Source: an uncultured Veillonellaceae bacterium
GTDB taxonomy: Bacteria > Bacillota > Negativicutes > JARBTT01
Assembly (NCBI GenBank): GCA_963805085.1
Contig: CAWDTA010000002.1
Coordinates: forward strand, 1,472,001 to 1,536,000
Length of the DNA stretch: 64,000 bases
Reading direction: 5' to 3'
The translations under genes were made by a program, and so were the position numbers. The notes under the pieces were generated by a model. That model saw nothing but the letters and a program-made list of their open reading frames with translations, did not search any database and had not been told where the DNA came from. Below are positions 21,501-30,717 of the stretch, piece by piece (the first letter of the stretch is position 1; each line of letters opens with the position of its first letter).

Positions 21501-24500
21501 ATTCGCTACAGCTATGGTAGCATAGCCGGGGGCAAGGTGCAGAAAATTGATATTGATTTATGTGACGAGCAAGGGAATGTTTGTGTACGAATGAAGAAGT
21601 GTTTATTAAGAGTAACGGAAATTGATATGATTTCAGTAGGATCCATGGCAACGCATGGTACTTTGTTGCTCTACCCTTGCTGGCAAGAGCAAACCGTTAC
21701 CGAAAAATTTTTAGCCACTGATTATATTCAACATTTAGTGATGCTCTTGGAGCTAGGTGAAGTTTCCCAAGAAAGTATGGAAAACCACATGAGTGGGGTA
21801 AGCTGTCTTGCTTTACAATCTAAGCAGGAAAACATAGGGGAACGATTCCAGAACTATGCCGTTCAGGTTTTTGAGGAAATTCAGCGTATCATCAAAGAGC
21901 AACCAAAGGGTAAGGTGTTGATCCAAATAGTCATCCCCGCTCAAGCCGAACAACAACTCTTCTCAGGAATTGCTGGAATGTTGAGAACCGCCCGGTTTGA
22001 GAATCCAAAACTAATAGGCCAGTTGATTGAAGTGGAACAGGGAGAAGATATCGAAGAGATTGTAGAAAAACTGAAGGAGAGTAGCCGCTGCCTTTTTGAT
22101 GATCATATCCGTTATGAAAAGGATAAACGCTATGTTATCGACTGGAGAGAATTTGAAAATTTTCAGAAAGCCATGCCAATTCCTTGGAAAAACCAGGGGG
22201 TCTATTTAATTACTGGAGGTGCTGGCGGTCTGGGATATATAGTTGCTAAAGAGATAGCGAATAAAGTTAAAGATGTGACAATGATTTTCACAGGCCGGTC
22301 TTTGCTCAATAAGGACAAGCAAGTTCGAATTAAGGAATTGGAAGCCTTAGGTGCCCGGATCGAATACAAAAAGGTCGATGTGACCCATAAGCAGGCTGTT
22401 GTCGATTTGATCCAAAACATCCAAGAGAACTTCGGTGGTCTCAATGGTATCATTCATAGCGCGGGTATCATCCACGATAACTTTATTCTTAAGAAAACCA
22501 AAGAAGAATTGCAAGCGGTTATGGCGGCAAAAGTTACTGGACTGGTAAATTTGGATCAGGCAAGCAAGGATATAAGCCTTGATTTCTTAGTGCTCTTTTC
22601 ATCTACATCAGGAGTCTTTGGTAATCCAGGACAGGTCGACTATTCCACAGCTAACGCATTTATGGATGCTTATGCTAAGTATCGGAACAGTTTAGTGTCA
22701 TCACAAAAACGTTATGGCAAAACACTCTCAATCAGTTGGCCGCTGTGGAAAGAAGGCGGGATGCGTATTGATGCGGAAGTCGAGAAGATGATAAGGCAAA
22801 GTATGGGAATAGTCGCTATGGAGACAGTAACCGGAATCCAAGCTTTGTATAGAGGTTTAGCCTCCGGACGAGATCATATGATGGTATTGGAAGGGGATAT
22901 TCCAAAGATTAGAGAGCAACTATTGAAACCAAAAGTTTATTCGTATCAGGTAGAGCCATCTGTTACACAAGTAGATATAGGCTTGCTTAGAGAAAAGACG
23001 TTGGATCAATTAAAGATACTATTAGGAGAGATCACTAAGTTAAGTGTTAGCAAGATTGATATCGACGAGCCTTTAGAAAACTATGGAATTGATTCGGTTA
23101 TGATTACTCAATTGAATCATAAATTTGCCGGTGTGTTCGGAGAATTATCAAAAACGTTACTTTACGAATATCAGACTCTAGGATCATTAGCTGAGTATTT
23201 TATTGAGGAAAAGTCACACGAATGTATGCTGTGGACCGGACTTGCGAAACAGGTACGATTAAAAACGGAAGCATCAAAAAAACCGGAAATGTCTTCGGTA
23301 AAATCGCGCATCGATAGTGCATTTTCTGTTGTGTTGGATTCTTTAAAACCACAACAGAAAAAAGCGCGTAGTTGTTCTTATATAAGTTTAGATAATAATC
23401 CCAGGGAGCCTATTGCTATCATAGGTATGAGCGGTCGTTATCCTCAGGCAAGGAATTTAAAAGAGTATTGGGATAATTTACAGTTAGGCAAAGATTGTAT
23501 TACCGAAATACCTAGAGAACGTTGGACGTTAGAAGGATTCTATCATCCTGATCCCAAAGAAGCGGTGGCTCATAACAAAAGCTATAGCAAATGGGGTGGT
23601 TTTGTAGAAAAATTTTCCGATTTTGATCCGCTCTTTTTCAACATTTCACCTCGAGAAGCAATCAATATTGATCCTCAGGAACGATTGTTTATTGAGTCAT
23701 GTTGGGAAGTGTTGGAGGATGGAGCCTACACTAAGGAGCAACTTAGAGCTAAATTTAATAGCCAGGTTGGTGTTTTCGCAGGAATTACTAAAACAGGTTT
23801 TGATTTGTACGGTCCCGATTTATGGCGACAAGGTGAAAAAATTTTGCCTCACACTTCATTCAGTTCAGTGGCTAATCGGGTTTCATATTTACTGAACTTG
23901 CAAGGCCCTAGTATGACAATTGATACAATGTGTTCTGCATCATTGACTGCCATTCATGAAGCATGTGAGCATCTTTACCAAAGAGAATGTGAGATGGCAA
24001 TCGCTGGCGGTGTAAATTTGTATCTTCATCCTGCAAATTATAGCGCATTATGTGCGCAGAGAATGTTGTCTGTAGATGGAAAATGCAAAAGTTTTGGATA
24101 TGGTGCTAATGGATTTGTACCTGGTGAGGGAGTGGGATGTGTTCTGTTGAAACGATTGTCTCAAGCAGTCAAGGATCAGGATCATATTTACGCTGTTATT
24201 CGGGGCAGTAGCATTAATCATGGCGGGAAAACCAACGGCTATACGGTACCAAATCCGGCAGCTCAAAGAGACCTCATTCGATCGACACTGAATAAAGCTG
24301 GAGTCAATGCCCGGACAATTAGTTATGTTGAAGCTCATGGGACGGGGACAGAACTTGGCGATCCAATCGAAATTACCGGACTTACGCAGGCATTTGGAAC
24401 TGATACCAAAGATACACAATTTTGTGCCATTGGTTCAGTAAAATCAAATATCGGTCATTTGGAAGCAGCGGCAGGGGTTGCCGGATTAACTAAGATTGTA

Positions 24501-27500
24501 CTACAAATGAAACACCAAAAGATTGTTCCGAGTTTGCACGCCAAAGAATTGAACCATAATATTAATTTTGTTAAAACTCCTTTTGTGGTTCAGCAGGAAC
24601 TTGCGGAATGGAAACGACCAGTAGTCGAGATAGAAGGAGAGAGCAAAGAATATCCTAGAATCGCCAGTATTTCAGCTTTTGGCGCAGGAGGTTCAAATGC
24701 TCATGCAGTGATTGAAGAATACATTGCTAATAACCAAGCATCATCTCAGATTGCGATTACCATTCAGAACCCAGCAATTATTATATTGTCGGCTAAAGAA
24801 GAAGAGCGGCTCTGTGAGCAGGTGTTGCAATTATTGGCTATTATTGAGGAGCAGCAGTTTACTGATGAGAGCCTAGCAGATATGGCGTACACTCTTCAGG
24901 TGGGTCGTGAAGCCATGGAAGAACGCTTAGGCTTAATAGTGGGATCAATCAAAGAGCTTAAAGAGAAACTAAATAATTTTGTGGAAAACCAGGATGGCAT
25001 TAGAAATTTATATCGGGGGCAAGTCAAACGCAATAAGGAAACGCTAAGCGTTTTCGGGGCGGATGAAGATATGGCGAAAATGATTGATTCCTGGATAGCG
25101 AAAAGGAAATATGCGAAGCTTTTAGATCTTTGGGTAAAAGGTTTGAATTTTGATTGGGATAAGTTATACAGTGACGTTAAACCTCGTCGAATAAGTTTAC
25201 CGACCTATCCTTTTGCTCGGGAAAAGTATTGGCTACCTAAAATTAATAGCCAGTCTGCTGATAGAGTTTCAGCTTCAGCAGCAGTATTTTACATTCATCC
25301 GCTAGTACATCAGAATACCTCTGATTTTTCAGTACAACGGTTTAGTTCGATATTTACTGGCCAAGAATTCTTTTTAGCTGATCATATAGTAAAAGGTCAG
25401 CGGGTACTGCCTGGGGTAGCCTATCTTGAAATAGCTCGAGCTGCAGTGGAACAGGCTTCTGGTGCTATGAATAAAGGACAGGCTGGAGTTTGTTTGAAAA
25501 ATGTTGTTTGGGCTAGACCTATTGTTGTAGAACAACAGCCAGTGCAGGTAAATATCAGACTTTTTCAAAAAGAGAATGGTAATATTGTCTACGAAATTTA
25601 TAGTGATTGTGAAATGGCTGATGCTGAAACAGAAACTGTAATATACAGCCAAGGTAATGCAATGCTAAGTACGACTTCCAAAGTTCCAACTTGCGATCTT
25701 CAAGCCTTGCAGGCTGAGTGTAGCCAGTTGAGCTTGTCGCGTGATCAATGTTATGAAGCATTTAGAGCAATAGGAATTGAATATGGTCAGGGACACCAAG
25801 GAATTTCAAAGTTGTATGTAGGATCAGGTCAGGTGTTGGCAAAGTTATCCTTGCCGTCTTCAGTATTCGATACTTTAGGTCAATTTGTTCTGCATCCCAG
25901 TTTGATGGATTCGGCTCTGCAAGCCTCAATTGGTTTAAATTTGAATATGGATGAGTCAATGCTAGTTAGTAATAATTCTCCTAAACTTTTCCTTCCTTTT
26001 GCTTTGGAGCAACTTGAAATTTTTAATAAATGTACTTCCGATATGTGGGCACTAATTCGATACAGTAATGACAGCGTTGCTGAAAATAAGGTAAAAAAAT
26101 TGGATATTGATTTGATTGATAATACTGGAATAGAATGTGTGCGAATGAAGGGAGTATCGTTAAGAGTATTGGAAGGCGAAGTCAAGTCGGTAGAGAGTCC
26201 GGCAAATTTTGACACACTAATATTTCAACCTTGCTGGCACGAACAAGATGTTGACGGGAAGTACAAGACGTATCGCTTTAGACAACATCTTGTGATACTT
26301 TGCGAATTGCCGGAAACTTCGCGAAAAAGAATTGAATGTGAAATTGGAGGGGGAATACAATGCCTTATTTTGCAATCAGGGAAGAAAAATATAGCGGAAA
26401 GGTTTCAAGACTATGCTGTTGAAGTGCTTGGACAAATCCAAAACATTATCAAAGAAAAACCTGAGGGCAAAGTATTGATCCAGATAGGAGTTCCTAGTCA
26501 AGGAGAGCAGCAACTTCTTACAGGACTCTCCGGACTTTTGAAAACAGCTCAGCTTGAAAATCCTAAATTAATGGGACAAATGATTGAAATAGAAGATATA
26601 GAAAGAATTGTAGAAAATCTGAAAGAGAACAGTAATACTCCCCTAGATAAGAGGATTAGGTATCAGGATGGAAAACGGTTGGTTGGTGGTTGGAGTGAAT
26701 TAGAAGCAATTAACGCTCCAATGTTAATTCCATGGAAGGATCGGGGAATTTATTTAATTACCGGTGGTCTTGGTGGTCTTGGATATATCTTTTCTAAGGA
26801 GATTGCTGGAACGGTGAAGGAGAGCATTTTAATTCTCACAGGTCGGTCTCCGCTTAATGAGGCTAAACAGGTTCAACTTAAGGAACTGCAGACAATGGGT
26901 GTTCGGATACTATACAAGCAAGTCGATATTACGCAAAAAAATGCGGTTATTGACTTGATTCAAGGTATCCTTAATGAATTTGGAAGTCTCAATGGTATCA
27001 TCCATAGCGCGGGGGTGATTCATGACAATTTCATTCTCAAAAAAACAAAAGATGAACTGCAAATGGTTCTGGCTCCTAAGGTTACCGGACTAGTAAATTT
27101 GGATCAGGCCAGCAAGGACATAAGCCTAGATTTTTTCATTTTATTTTCATCTATTGCAGGAGCATTAGGTAATTCAGGTCAAGCTGATTATTCCGCCGCT
27201 AACGCATTTATGGACGCTTATGCAGGATATCGTAATTGTTTGGTGGCCACGAATGAGCGATATGGTCACACCCTAGCAATAGATTGGCCGTTATGGAAAA
27301 ACGGTGGGATGCATGTTAACGAACAAACCAAGAAGATGATGCAAAATATGGGCATATTTGCTATACCGACATCAGTCGGTATTAGAACTTTGTATCAATG
27401 TTTAGCTGTCAATACAGATAATGTGATGATGATTGGAGGAAATATTAACCTCTTAGAGAAAAAAATATATCAAATAATAAACCCAGTTATGCAAAAATTT

Positions 27501-30419
27501 GCAAAAACTTCAACCCAATCCGTTTTTACGAAACAAAGCGAATTACCTAAAGAAGAAAATTTGAAGGAAAAGATGATTTTTTATTTAAAACAAGTCATTT
27601 CCAATACGCTTAAAATGGATCCGGAACGGATGGATATAAATGTAAGTCTGAGCAAATACGGTTTAGATTCTATTGTGGTTCTAGAAATTAACAACAGATT
27701 GGAAAAATATTTTGACGAGCTTTCGAAAACGCTATTTTTTGAATATAGCACGATTAACGAGCTAGCTAATTATTTTATAAAATCGCATAAGGAAGCTCTC
27801 GTAAAACTCTTTGAGCCTAAAGAAATAGATCAAACAGAAAACACATTGCAGCAAAAGAATCAACATTTGTCTAACATGCCGGATCAGTCATATGAAAAAA
27901 ACAGCCGAACAAAGTATTTTGCTATACAACAGGATAATAAAGACACTGAGTCAATGCCAGTTAATCAAAGAATACAAGCACAGTCGGCAGATAATATTCA
28001 GGAGAGTCTAGTTAATATAATGGAAAAAAACGATTTTAGCTTGGATAATATTGTTAATTTTTTATATGATAAAAATATTATTTCTATAAATAACGATACC
28101 AGAGGTATTATCGCGCCTGTGTTATCAGAACCTTTGTTGATTCATGAAGATGAGCTGAAAAATAAACCGGAGGTTGCAACTATTATTAAAGGTATTGATG
28201 ATGTAAATTCGCCAGTAGGATATGAACGATTGCTGTATCCGTATTTTTTCATAACTTCAGATAAAAACAAATATTTGCGACTCATTATGGATCAATCAAA
28301 TAAACTTATTTTCCCATATACAGTGTCAGATGAAGGTATTTATCAAGAACTTCTCCGTTATAGTCAAAAAATTGGTTATCAATTACTAATAGTTGACTTA
28401 TATAGCGATTGGATTGACTTAAAGCAAACGAGACTCATCCCGCTGGGGGTTTGGCAAAATATTGTTATTAATCAGTTCACACTAGCAGGTAATAAGATGA
28501 GGAAAGTGCGCTATTTAGTGGAGAAATTTAGAAAATCGGGGGAAGTTAGAATTGAAGAATATCATACCGAATTAAATTTACCGTTAGATGAAATGAAAGA
28601 TCTAATGATTAAATGGAGCGAGGATAAAAAAAATGTAATTCACCATTCATTTGTATGTATGGAAGAACTTTTGCGTAAAATGCTCCCTAGTGGACACCGG
28701 GCATTTTTAACCTATCACAATAATAAACTGTGTTCCCTTATAGTAATGGAAAAAATGCAGGATGGAATATTTCTAATGGACCAAGAATTTTATGATGCCA
28801 AAACGGCACCGTTAGGTCATATGGAATATGCAATTGTTAAGATCATTGAACAACTAAAAACAGAGGATGCTCAAATCTTCTCGCTTGGGTTAACCTGGTT
28901 TCCGTTTGCTTTTGAAGATTATCCCCATAAAGATAACGAAGGTTGGGCGTGGCTAAAAGAACAAAATGATAAGAAAACTCTTTTAGCTCAAATCTTTCAC
29001 CAAGGTGAAACAAATTATCAATTTAAAAAGAAGTTTGGTGTCGTAGGTGAACCTGTTTTTGCCTACTTACCTAAAAATTTACCATTTTCCTCATTGTTAA
29101 GCTATTGGACTGTTTTTTATCAAAACTCACTGACTTCTAGCCAACTCATAAAGAAAATAAATCTAATAAATTTATTGGATTTACATGAAAATAAAGAGAA
29201 CGAAAACAGACAAAAATACCACCAAAACAAAGAGGAAAGACGGGAATCTCTTGCTAAAACAGAAAAGTTAGAACAGCTTGATTATAATGACAGCCCGCTT
29301 GATTTACAAACGGATTCTTGGTACTTACTTCAAACTGATGCGGTAAAAAGACATGTTGCTTATTTAAAAACCCAGCCACACTCAATAAACGCAGAAGTAC
29401 TCCACACGATATTTCCATTTAAACATATCATTTTAACGGCACAAGGACGAAGTGCTGAATTGCTTTTTTACCAGGCTTACTCTAAGAAAAAGAAAAAAAT
29501 TGTTACTACCATTCCCTGGACTACGACCCTTATGCATCAACTACAAAATGGTTTTGATGTTGTTGAATTACCTCATTCGTCAGTTAAACAAGCACAATCA
29601 GCTCATTTATTTAAGGGAGAAATGGATTTAGAAGCATTAACGGAACAATTACAGCTAGACAGTAACAACATTGCTTTTGCTGGCTTAGAAGTATTAAGTA
29701 ATGCTAGCGGCGGTAACCCAGTTAGGCTTTCTCACATACAATTGCTCAAAACAATACTACAACAATACCAAGTACCTCTTGTGTTGGATGCTTCTAGAAT
29801 TGTACGCAATGCATTCTTAATAAAAGAATATGAAGAGGGCTTTAAACAAAATACTATTTGGGATATTGTCAAACTGACTTTCGAACAAGCCGATCATGTT
29901 GTAACTAGTTTGACTAAGGATTTTGCGGTTTCAGTAGGAGGATTAATTGCTACAAATGATGATCAATTAGCAACCGACATTCGAAATATTCAATCTAGTC
30001 AGGAGCAAGCAATAACTGTAGATATGAAAAATATGATTATACAAGCATTAGCAGAAAAAGAAACTATTATTGATCTTATAACCAGACAAATGGCATTTAC
30101 TAAACATTTGCAAGATATGCTTGTGAAAATTCGGGTGCCAATATTACAACCTGCCTATGGCCATGCTATTGTCATTGATGTATCCCAGCTCGCAAATGGA
30201 GAAACCAATGCGCAAAAGAAAGAACAGTTTCTCAGAAATTTATTTATTGAAACAGGTATTCGAGGTGGTATTCATCAGGTTGGTAAACAGAAAAATACAA
30301 TACTTGATCAGTGCATTCGTTTGGCAATTCCATTGGGTTTAACAGAGGAAGATGAACATATTATTTATGATAGGCTAAATAGTTTCTTTAAACAAAACAT
30401 GGAAGTACTTATTAACTAA
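15558..30419 (+). CDS. Trans-AT polyketide synthase 2: DH-ACP-ACP-KR-KS-DH-KR-ACP-KS-DH-KR-ACP-DUF2156-PLP cysteine lyase (SH)
   Basis: DH HRIHGVRTLPG, HVVQGKRVLPG, HIVKGQRVLPG; GLDS/GIDS ACPs; DTMCS KS; C-terminal tryptophanase-fold motifs DLQTDS, QGRSAE, DASR, SLTKD, GHA, RLAIP. Confidence 0.93.
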   Translation: MLEKGKTFSQKIRHSNYIVRDHRIHGVRTLPGVTLLDMIYRLSAGYIGTQAIELKQVLFKQPVVTSENFDRDVLVTFIPRNSHWEIKVVSQKIKNDVILDSAYDENMECLLFQRENTELDKNFDVKSFISNAKTQWDMDSIYRFGRQVNIQHFEFMKTLGTVYLNDDAEIMHLHLSELAEKYRESFYAHPAFLDGSTLAGLPFQLTGSDQEIFRGIPYIPFLIQRFCIYRPLPKSIYTYTKKPEFIIKNKENPPDIFTFDITIFNELGEILVKFEKMMVKRIREPHLIKKLIEADNNRLSQEKTEFVGESSLKKETTQAWIETQREQPTDTDAKHVIQSYLQKEIGQVLKKNPGDVDINSGFYELGLDSTNLLGLVKVLEEKLGEQLYPTLLFEYSTIQRLSDYLSEDYANAFSCLETSRNKAERKTRDQANSDSRQIIVSYLQQEIGRVLKKNSNEIDVNSGFYELGLDSTNLLSLVKQLEEKLGEPLYPTLLFEYSTIERLAEYLLSNYDKLFLDFHNKENNDKDNRSLQNSNNANMVFLEPGWYKQNIMNQQAVTQKHQHIVILFSDEENVKSAIQQSMCTADVIILTSREENIVCRFEDKFIQLLQLIQERLGQKTPVELLLQIVADSDSEGKYVYALAGMLKTAYLENPKIHSQIIAIDKLQSQSISAIVQILQKESLAFEQDVLEICYRGEGLHRYIRQLNEKEPSANTLISYKENGVYVITGGLGGLGILIADHIANQVKSKLVLIGRSQLDSTKEEKIRQLRQKGAEVLYLQADISKKTEIVNVFNVIKNKFGFITGIFHNAGVLKDQVIIKKNLLEIQDVFRPKVHGLWYLDEATQDEEMDFFIVFSSLSAITGNLGQADYATANAFMDVFATFRQDRVKEGKRFGKTISINWPLWSDGGMQVDDRFEEMMAGSFGMKPLPAQLGLKALDTLLSQNRTRNIVFYGDKSKMRSYLGSYIHATQEDAQISMKRSTYVDAVKKTDDQIFQSEYRSNDIAIIGLSGRYPMADSIREFYQNLREGRDCISNFPKNRWKNYQFGFDVEQFYKYGGFLDHIDEFDPLFFNIAPRQAEMMDPQARLFLETVWEACEDAGFYQDRTQNCYPSSSDKSVGVFAGVFWNHYELFGAEMTQRGIPTSLGISPASIPNMVSYCLNFHGPSMAVDTMCSSALTAIHLACESIRHHQCHYAIAGGVNLVTHPHKFIFLKQAHFLSSDGRCRSFGQGGDGYVPGEGVGAVLLTTLERAQQEGYPIYGIIKGSALNHVGKTSGVTVPDPIAQSEVIADALKIADVDPRSISYIEAHGTGTALGDPIEIQGLKRAFNQWTQDRQYCAIGSSKSNIGHLEAAAGIGGLTKLLLQLKHQEIFPSLHSEQLNPYISFDNTPFYIEHNLKKWNRPEVELDGVKLRYPRRAGLSSFGANGSNAHIIVEEYISQKTKKNSITINEINLALVPLSAKNRDCLKVYAQKLLDFLKDVPEIRGSSNEQLARIVEGEIIQILAKILSVKENDIDPVQDLSEFNADYIQMASFHQNLQERYGLDIDKNIIFQVQSIRSLTSQFIQQYQPELEQHFFRSKDTSDGTKIRHHIDIVDLAYTLQVGREAMDCRVVFNVKTINELIEKLELFIEGKVNIDNCFQGLEKRDRDLITTITYDEDMKEVLDKWIDKGKKNKLAELWVKGLKIDWDKLYGDIRPHRINLPTYPFAREHYWISAVEDKVKLSGNITTCETALIHPLLQQNTSDFSEQRFSSTFTGQEFFLMDHVVQGKRVLPGVAFLEMARAAVDQAVGSLSARPIGIHLKNVVWAQPVIVKEQAVQVNIGLYPEDTGEVAYEIYSESECGEDRVIYSQGRAMLSSVLKMPVLDLKSLQAKCSQHVFNSNQCYEGFRTMGVQYDPAYQGIEKVYVGQEQVLAKISLSVGDNNMKNRFVLHPILLDAAIQASLYLTVPIPFSSSTSLKQFLPVTLEELETISECPADMWALIRYSYGSIAGGKVQKIDIDLCDEQGNVCVRMKKCLLRVTEIDMISVGSMATHGTLLLYPCWQEQTVTEKFLATDYIQHLVMLLELGEVSQESMENHMSGVSCLALQSKQENIGERFQNYAVQVFEEIQRIIKEQPKGKVLIQIVIPAQAEQQLFSGIAGMLRTARFENPKLIGQLIEVEQGEDIEEIVEKLKESSRCLFDDHIRYEKDKRYVIDWREFENFQKAMPIPWKNQGVYLITGGAGGLGYIVAKEIANKVKDVTMIFTGRSLLNKDKQVRIKELEALGARIEYKKVDVTHKQAVVDLIQNIQENFGGLNGIIHSAGIIHDNFILKKTKEELQAVMAAKVTGLVNLDQASKDISLDFLVLFSSTSGVFGNPGQVDYSTANAFMDAYAKYRNSLVSSQKRYGKTLSISWPLWKEGGMRIDAEVEKMIRQSMGIVAMETVTGIQALYRGLASGRDHMMVLEGDIPKIREQLLKPKVYSYQVEPSVTQVDIGLLREKTLDQLKILLGEITKLSVSKIDIDEPLENYGIDSVMITQLNHKFAGVFGELSKTLLYEYQTLGSLAEYFIEEKSHECMLWTGLAKQVRLKTEASKKPEMSSVKSRIDSAFSVVLDSLKPQQKKARSCSYISLDNNPREPIAIIGMSGRYPQARNLKEYWDNLQLGKDCITEIPRERWTLEGFYHPDPKEAVAHNKSYSKWGGFVEKFSDFDPLFFNISPREAINIDPQERLFIESCWEVLEDGAYTKEQLRAKFNSQVGVFAGITKTGFDLYGPDLWRQGEKILPHTSFSSVANRVSYLLNLQGPSMTIDTMCSASLTAIHEACEHLYQRECEMAIAGGVNLYLHPANYSALCAQRMLSVDGKCKSFGYGANGFVPGEGVGCVLLKRLSQAVKDQDHIYAVIRGSSINHGGKTNGYTVPNPAAQRDLIRSTLNKAGVNARTISYVEAHGTGTELGDPIEITGLTQAFGTDTKDTQFCAIGSVKSNIGHLEAAAGVAGLTKIVLQMKHQKIVPSLHAKELNHNINFVKTPFVVQQELAEWKRPVVEIEGESKEYPRIASISAFGAGGSNAHAVIEEYIANNQASSQIAITIQNPAIIILSAKEEERLCEQVLQLLAIIEEQQFTDESLADMAYTLQVGREAMEERLGLIVGSIKELKEKLNNFVENQDGIRNLYRGQVKRNKETLSVFGADEDMAKMIDSWIAKRKYAKLLDLWVKGLNFDWDKLYSDVKPRRISLPTYPFAREKYWLPKINSQSADRVSASAAVFYIHPLVHQNTSDFSVQRFSSIFTGQEFFLADHIVKGQRVLPGVAYLEIARAAVEQASGAMNKGQAGVCLKNVVWARPIVVEQQPVQVNIRLFQKENGNIVYEIYSDCEMADAETETVIYSQGNAMLSTTSKVPTCDLQALQAECSQLSLSRDQCYEAFRAIGIEYGQGHQGISKLYVGSGQVLAKLSLPSSVFDTLGQFVLHPSLMDSALQASIGLNLNMDESMLVSNNSPKLFLPFALEQLEIFNKCTSDMWALIRYSNDSVAENKVKKLDIDLIDNTGIECVRMKGVSLRVLEGEVKSVESPANFDTLIFQPCWHEQDVDGKYKTYRFRQHLVILCELPETSRKRIECEIGGGIQCLILQSGKKNIAERFQDYAVEVLGQIQNIIKEKPEGKVLIQIGVPSQGEQQLLTGLSGLLKTAQLENPKLMGQMIEIEDIERIVENLKENSNTPLDKRIRYQDGKRLVGGWSELEAINAPMLIPWKDRGIYLITGGLGGLGYIFSKEIAGTVKESILILTGRSPLNEAKQVQLKELQTMGVRILYKQVDITQKNAVIDLIQGILNEFGSLNGIIHSAGVIHDNFILKKTKDELQMVLAPKVTGLVNLDQASKDISLDFFILFSSIAGALGNSGQADYSAANAFMDAYAGYRNCLVATNERYGHTLAIDWPLWKNGGMHVNEQTKKMMQNMGIFAIPTSVGIRTLYQCLAVNTDNVMMIGGNINLLEKKIYQIINPVMQKFAKTSTQSVFTKQSELPKEENLKEKMIFYLKQVISNTLKMDPERMDINVSLSKYGLDSIVVLEINNRLEKYFDELSKTLFFEYSTINELANYFIKSHKEALVKLFEPKEIDQTENTLQQKNQHLSNMPDQSYEKNSRTKYFAIQQDNKDTESMPVNQRIQAQSADNIQESLVNIMEKNDFSLDNIVNFLYDKNIISINNDTRGIIAPVLSEPLLIHEDELKNKPEVATIIKGIDDVNSPVGYERLLYPYFFITSDKNKYLRLIMDQSNKLIFPYTVSDEGIYQELLRYSQKIGYQLLIVDLYSDWIDLKQTRLIPLGVWQNIVINQFTLAGNKMRKVRYLVEKFRKSGEVRIEEYHTELNLPLDEMKDLMIKWSEDKKNVIHHSFVCMEELLRKMLPSGHRAFLTYHNNKLCSLIVMEKMQDGIFLMDQEFYDAKTAPLGHMEYAIVKIIEQLKTEDAQIFSLGLTWFPFAFEDYPHKDNEGWAWLKEQNDKKTLLAQIFHQGETNYQFKKKFGVVGEPVFAYLPKNLPFSSLLSYWTVFYQNSLTSSQLIKKINLINLLDLHENKENENRQKYHQNKEERRESLAKTEKLEQLDYNDSPLDLQTDSWYLLQTDAVKRHVAYLKTQPHSINAEVLHTIFPFKHIILTAQGRSAELLFYQAYSKKKKKIVTTIPWTTTLMHQLQNGFDVVELPHSSVKQAQSAHLFKGEMDLEALTEQLQLDSNNIAFAGLEVLSNASGGNPVRLSHIQLLKTILQQYQVPLVLDASRIVRNAFLIKEYEEGFKQNTIWDIVKLTFEQADHVVTSLTKDFAVSVGGLIATNDDQLATDIRNIQSSQEQAITVDMKNMIIQALAEKETIIDLITRQMAFTKHLQDMLVKIRVPILQPAYGHAIVIDVSQLANGETNAQKKEQFLRNLFIETGIRGGIHQVGKQKNTILDQCIRLAIPLGLTEEDEHIIYDRLNSFFKQNMEVLIN

Positions 30420-30433
30420 GCTTAAGAGTCTTT

Positions 30434-30480
30434 TGCAAAAAGGTAAGGGTAGCCATTTGGTTTGTCCATACCTTTTTGCA
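30434..30480 (+). terminator. Stem-loop after PKS2
   Basis: tgcaaaaaggta...tacctttttgca inverted repeat. Confidence 0.55.
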
Positions 30481-30717
30481 CTTGCATTCTGCAAATAAAG
30501 ATCCGGTCCAATATGGAGAAATATTTCATTTGCTTCCTGCTTTTTCGTAAAATCTTGTACAGTACACCAAGTATATGGCTGTATTATTGTGCCTTTTGGT
30601 CAAAATAATTTGCAAATTAACAGTCGCGAAGTAAGGAAGTCAGAAAGTTTAATGTAAAAAATCAGTTCAGTTACTATCCTTTGGAAATGAACACAAATTA
30701 TTTAAGGGGGAATTTTA

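Noticed and set aside
29290-30419. Standalone tryptophanase accidentally fused to the PKS
   Set aside because: Continuous reading frame, preceded by a DUF2156-like domain, matching the known DUF-SH arrangement.
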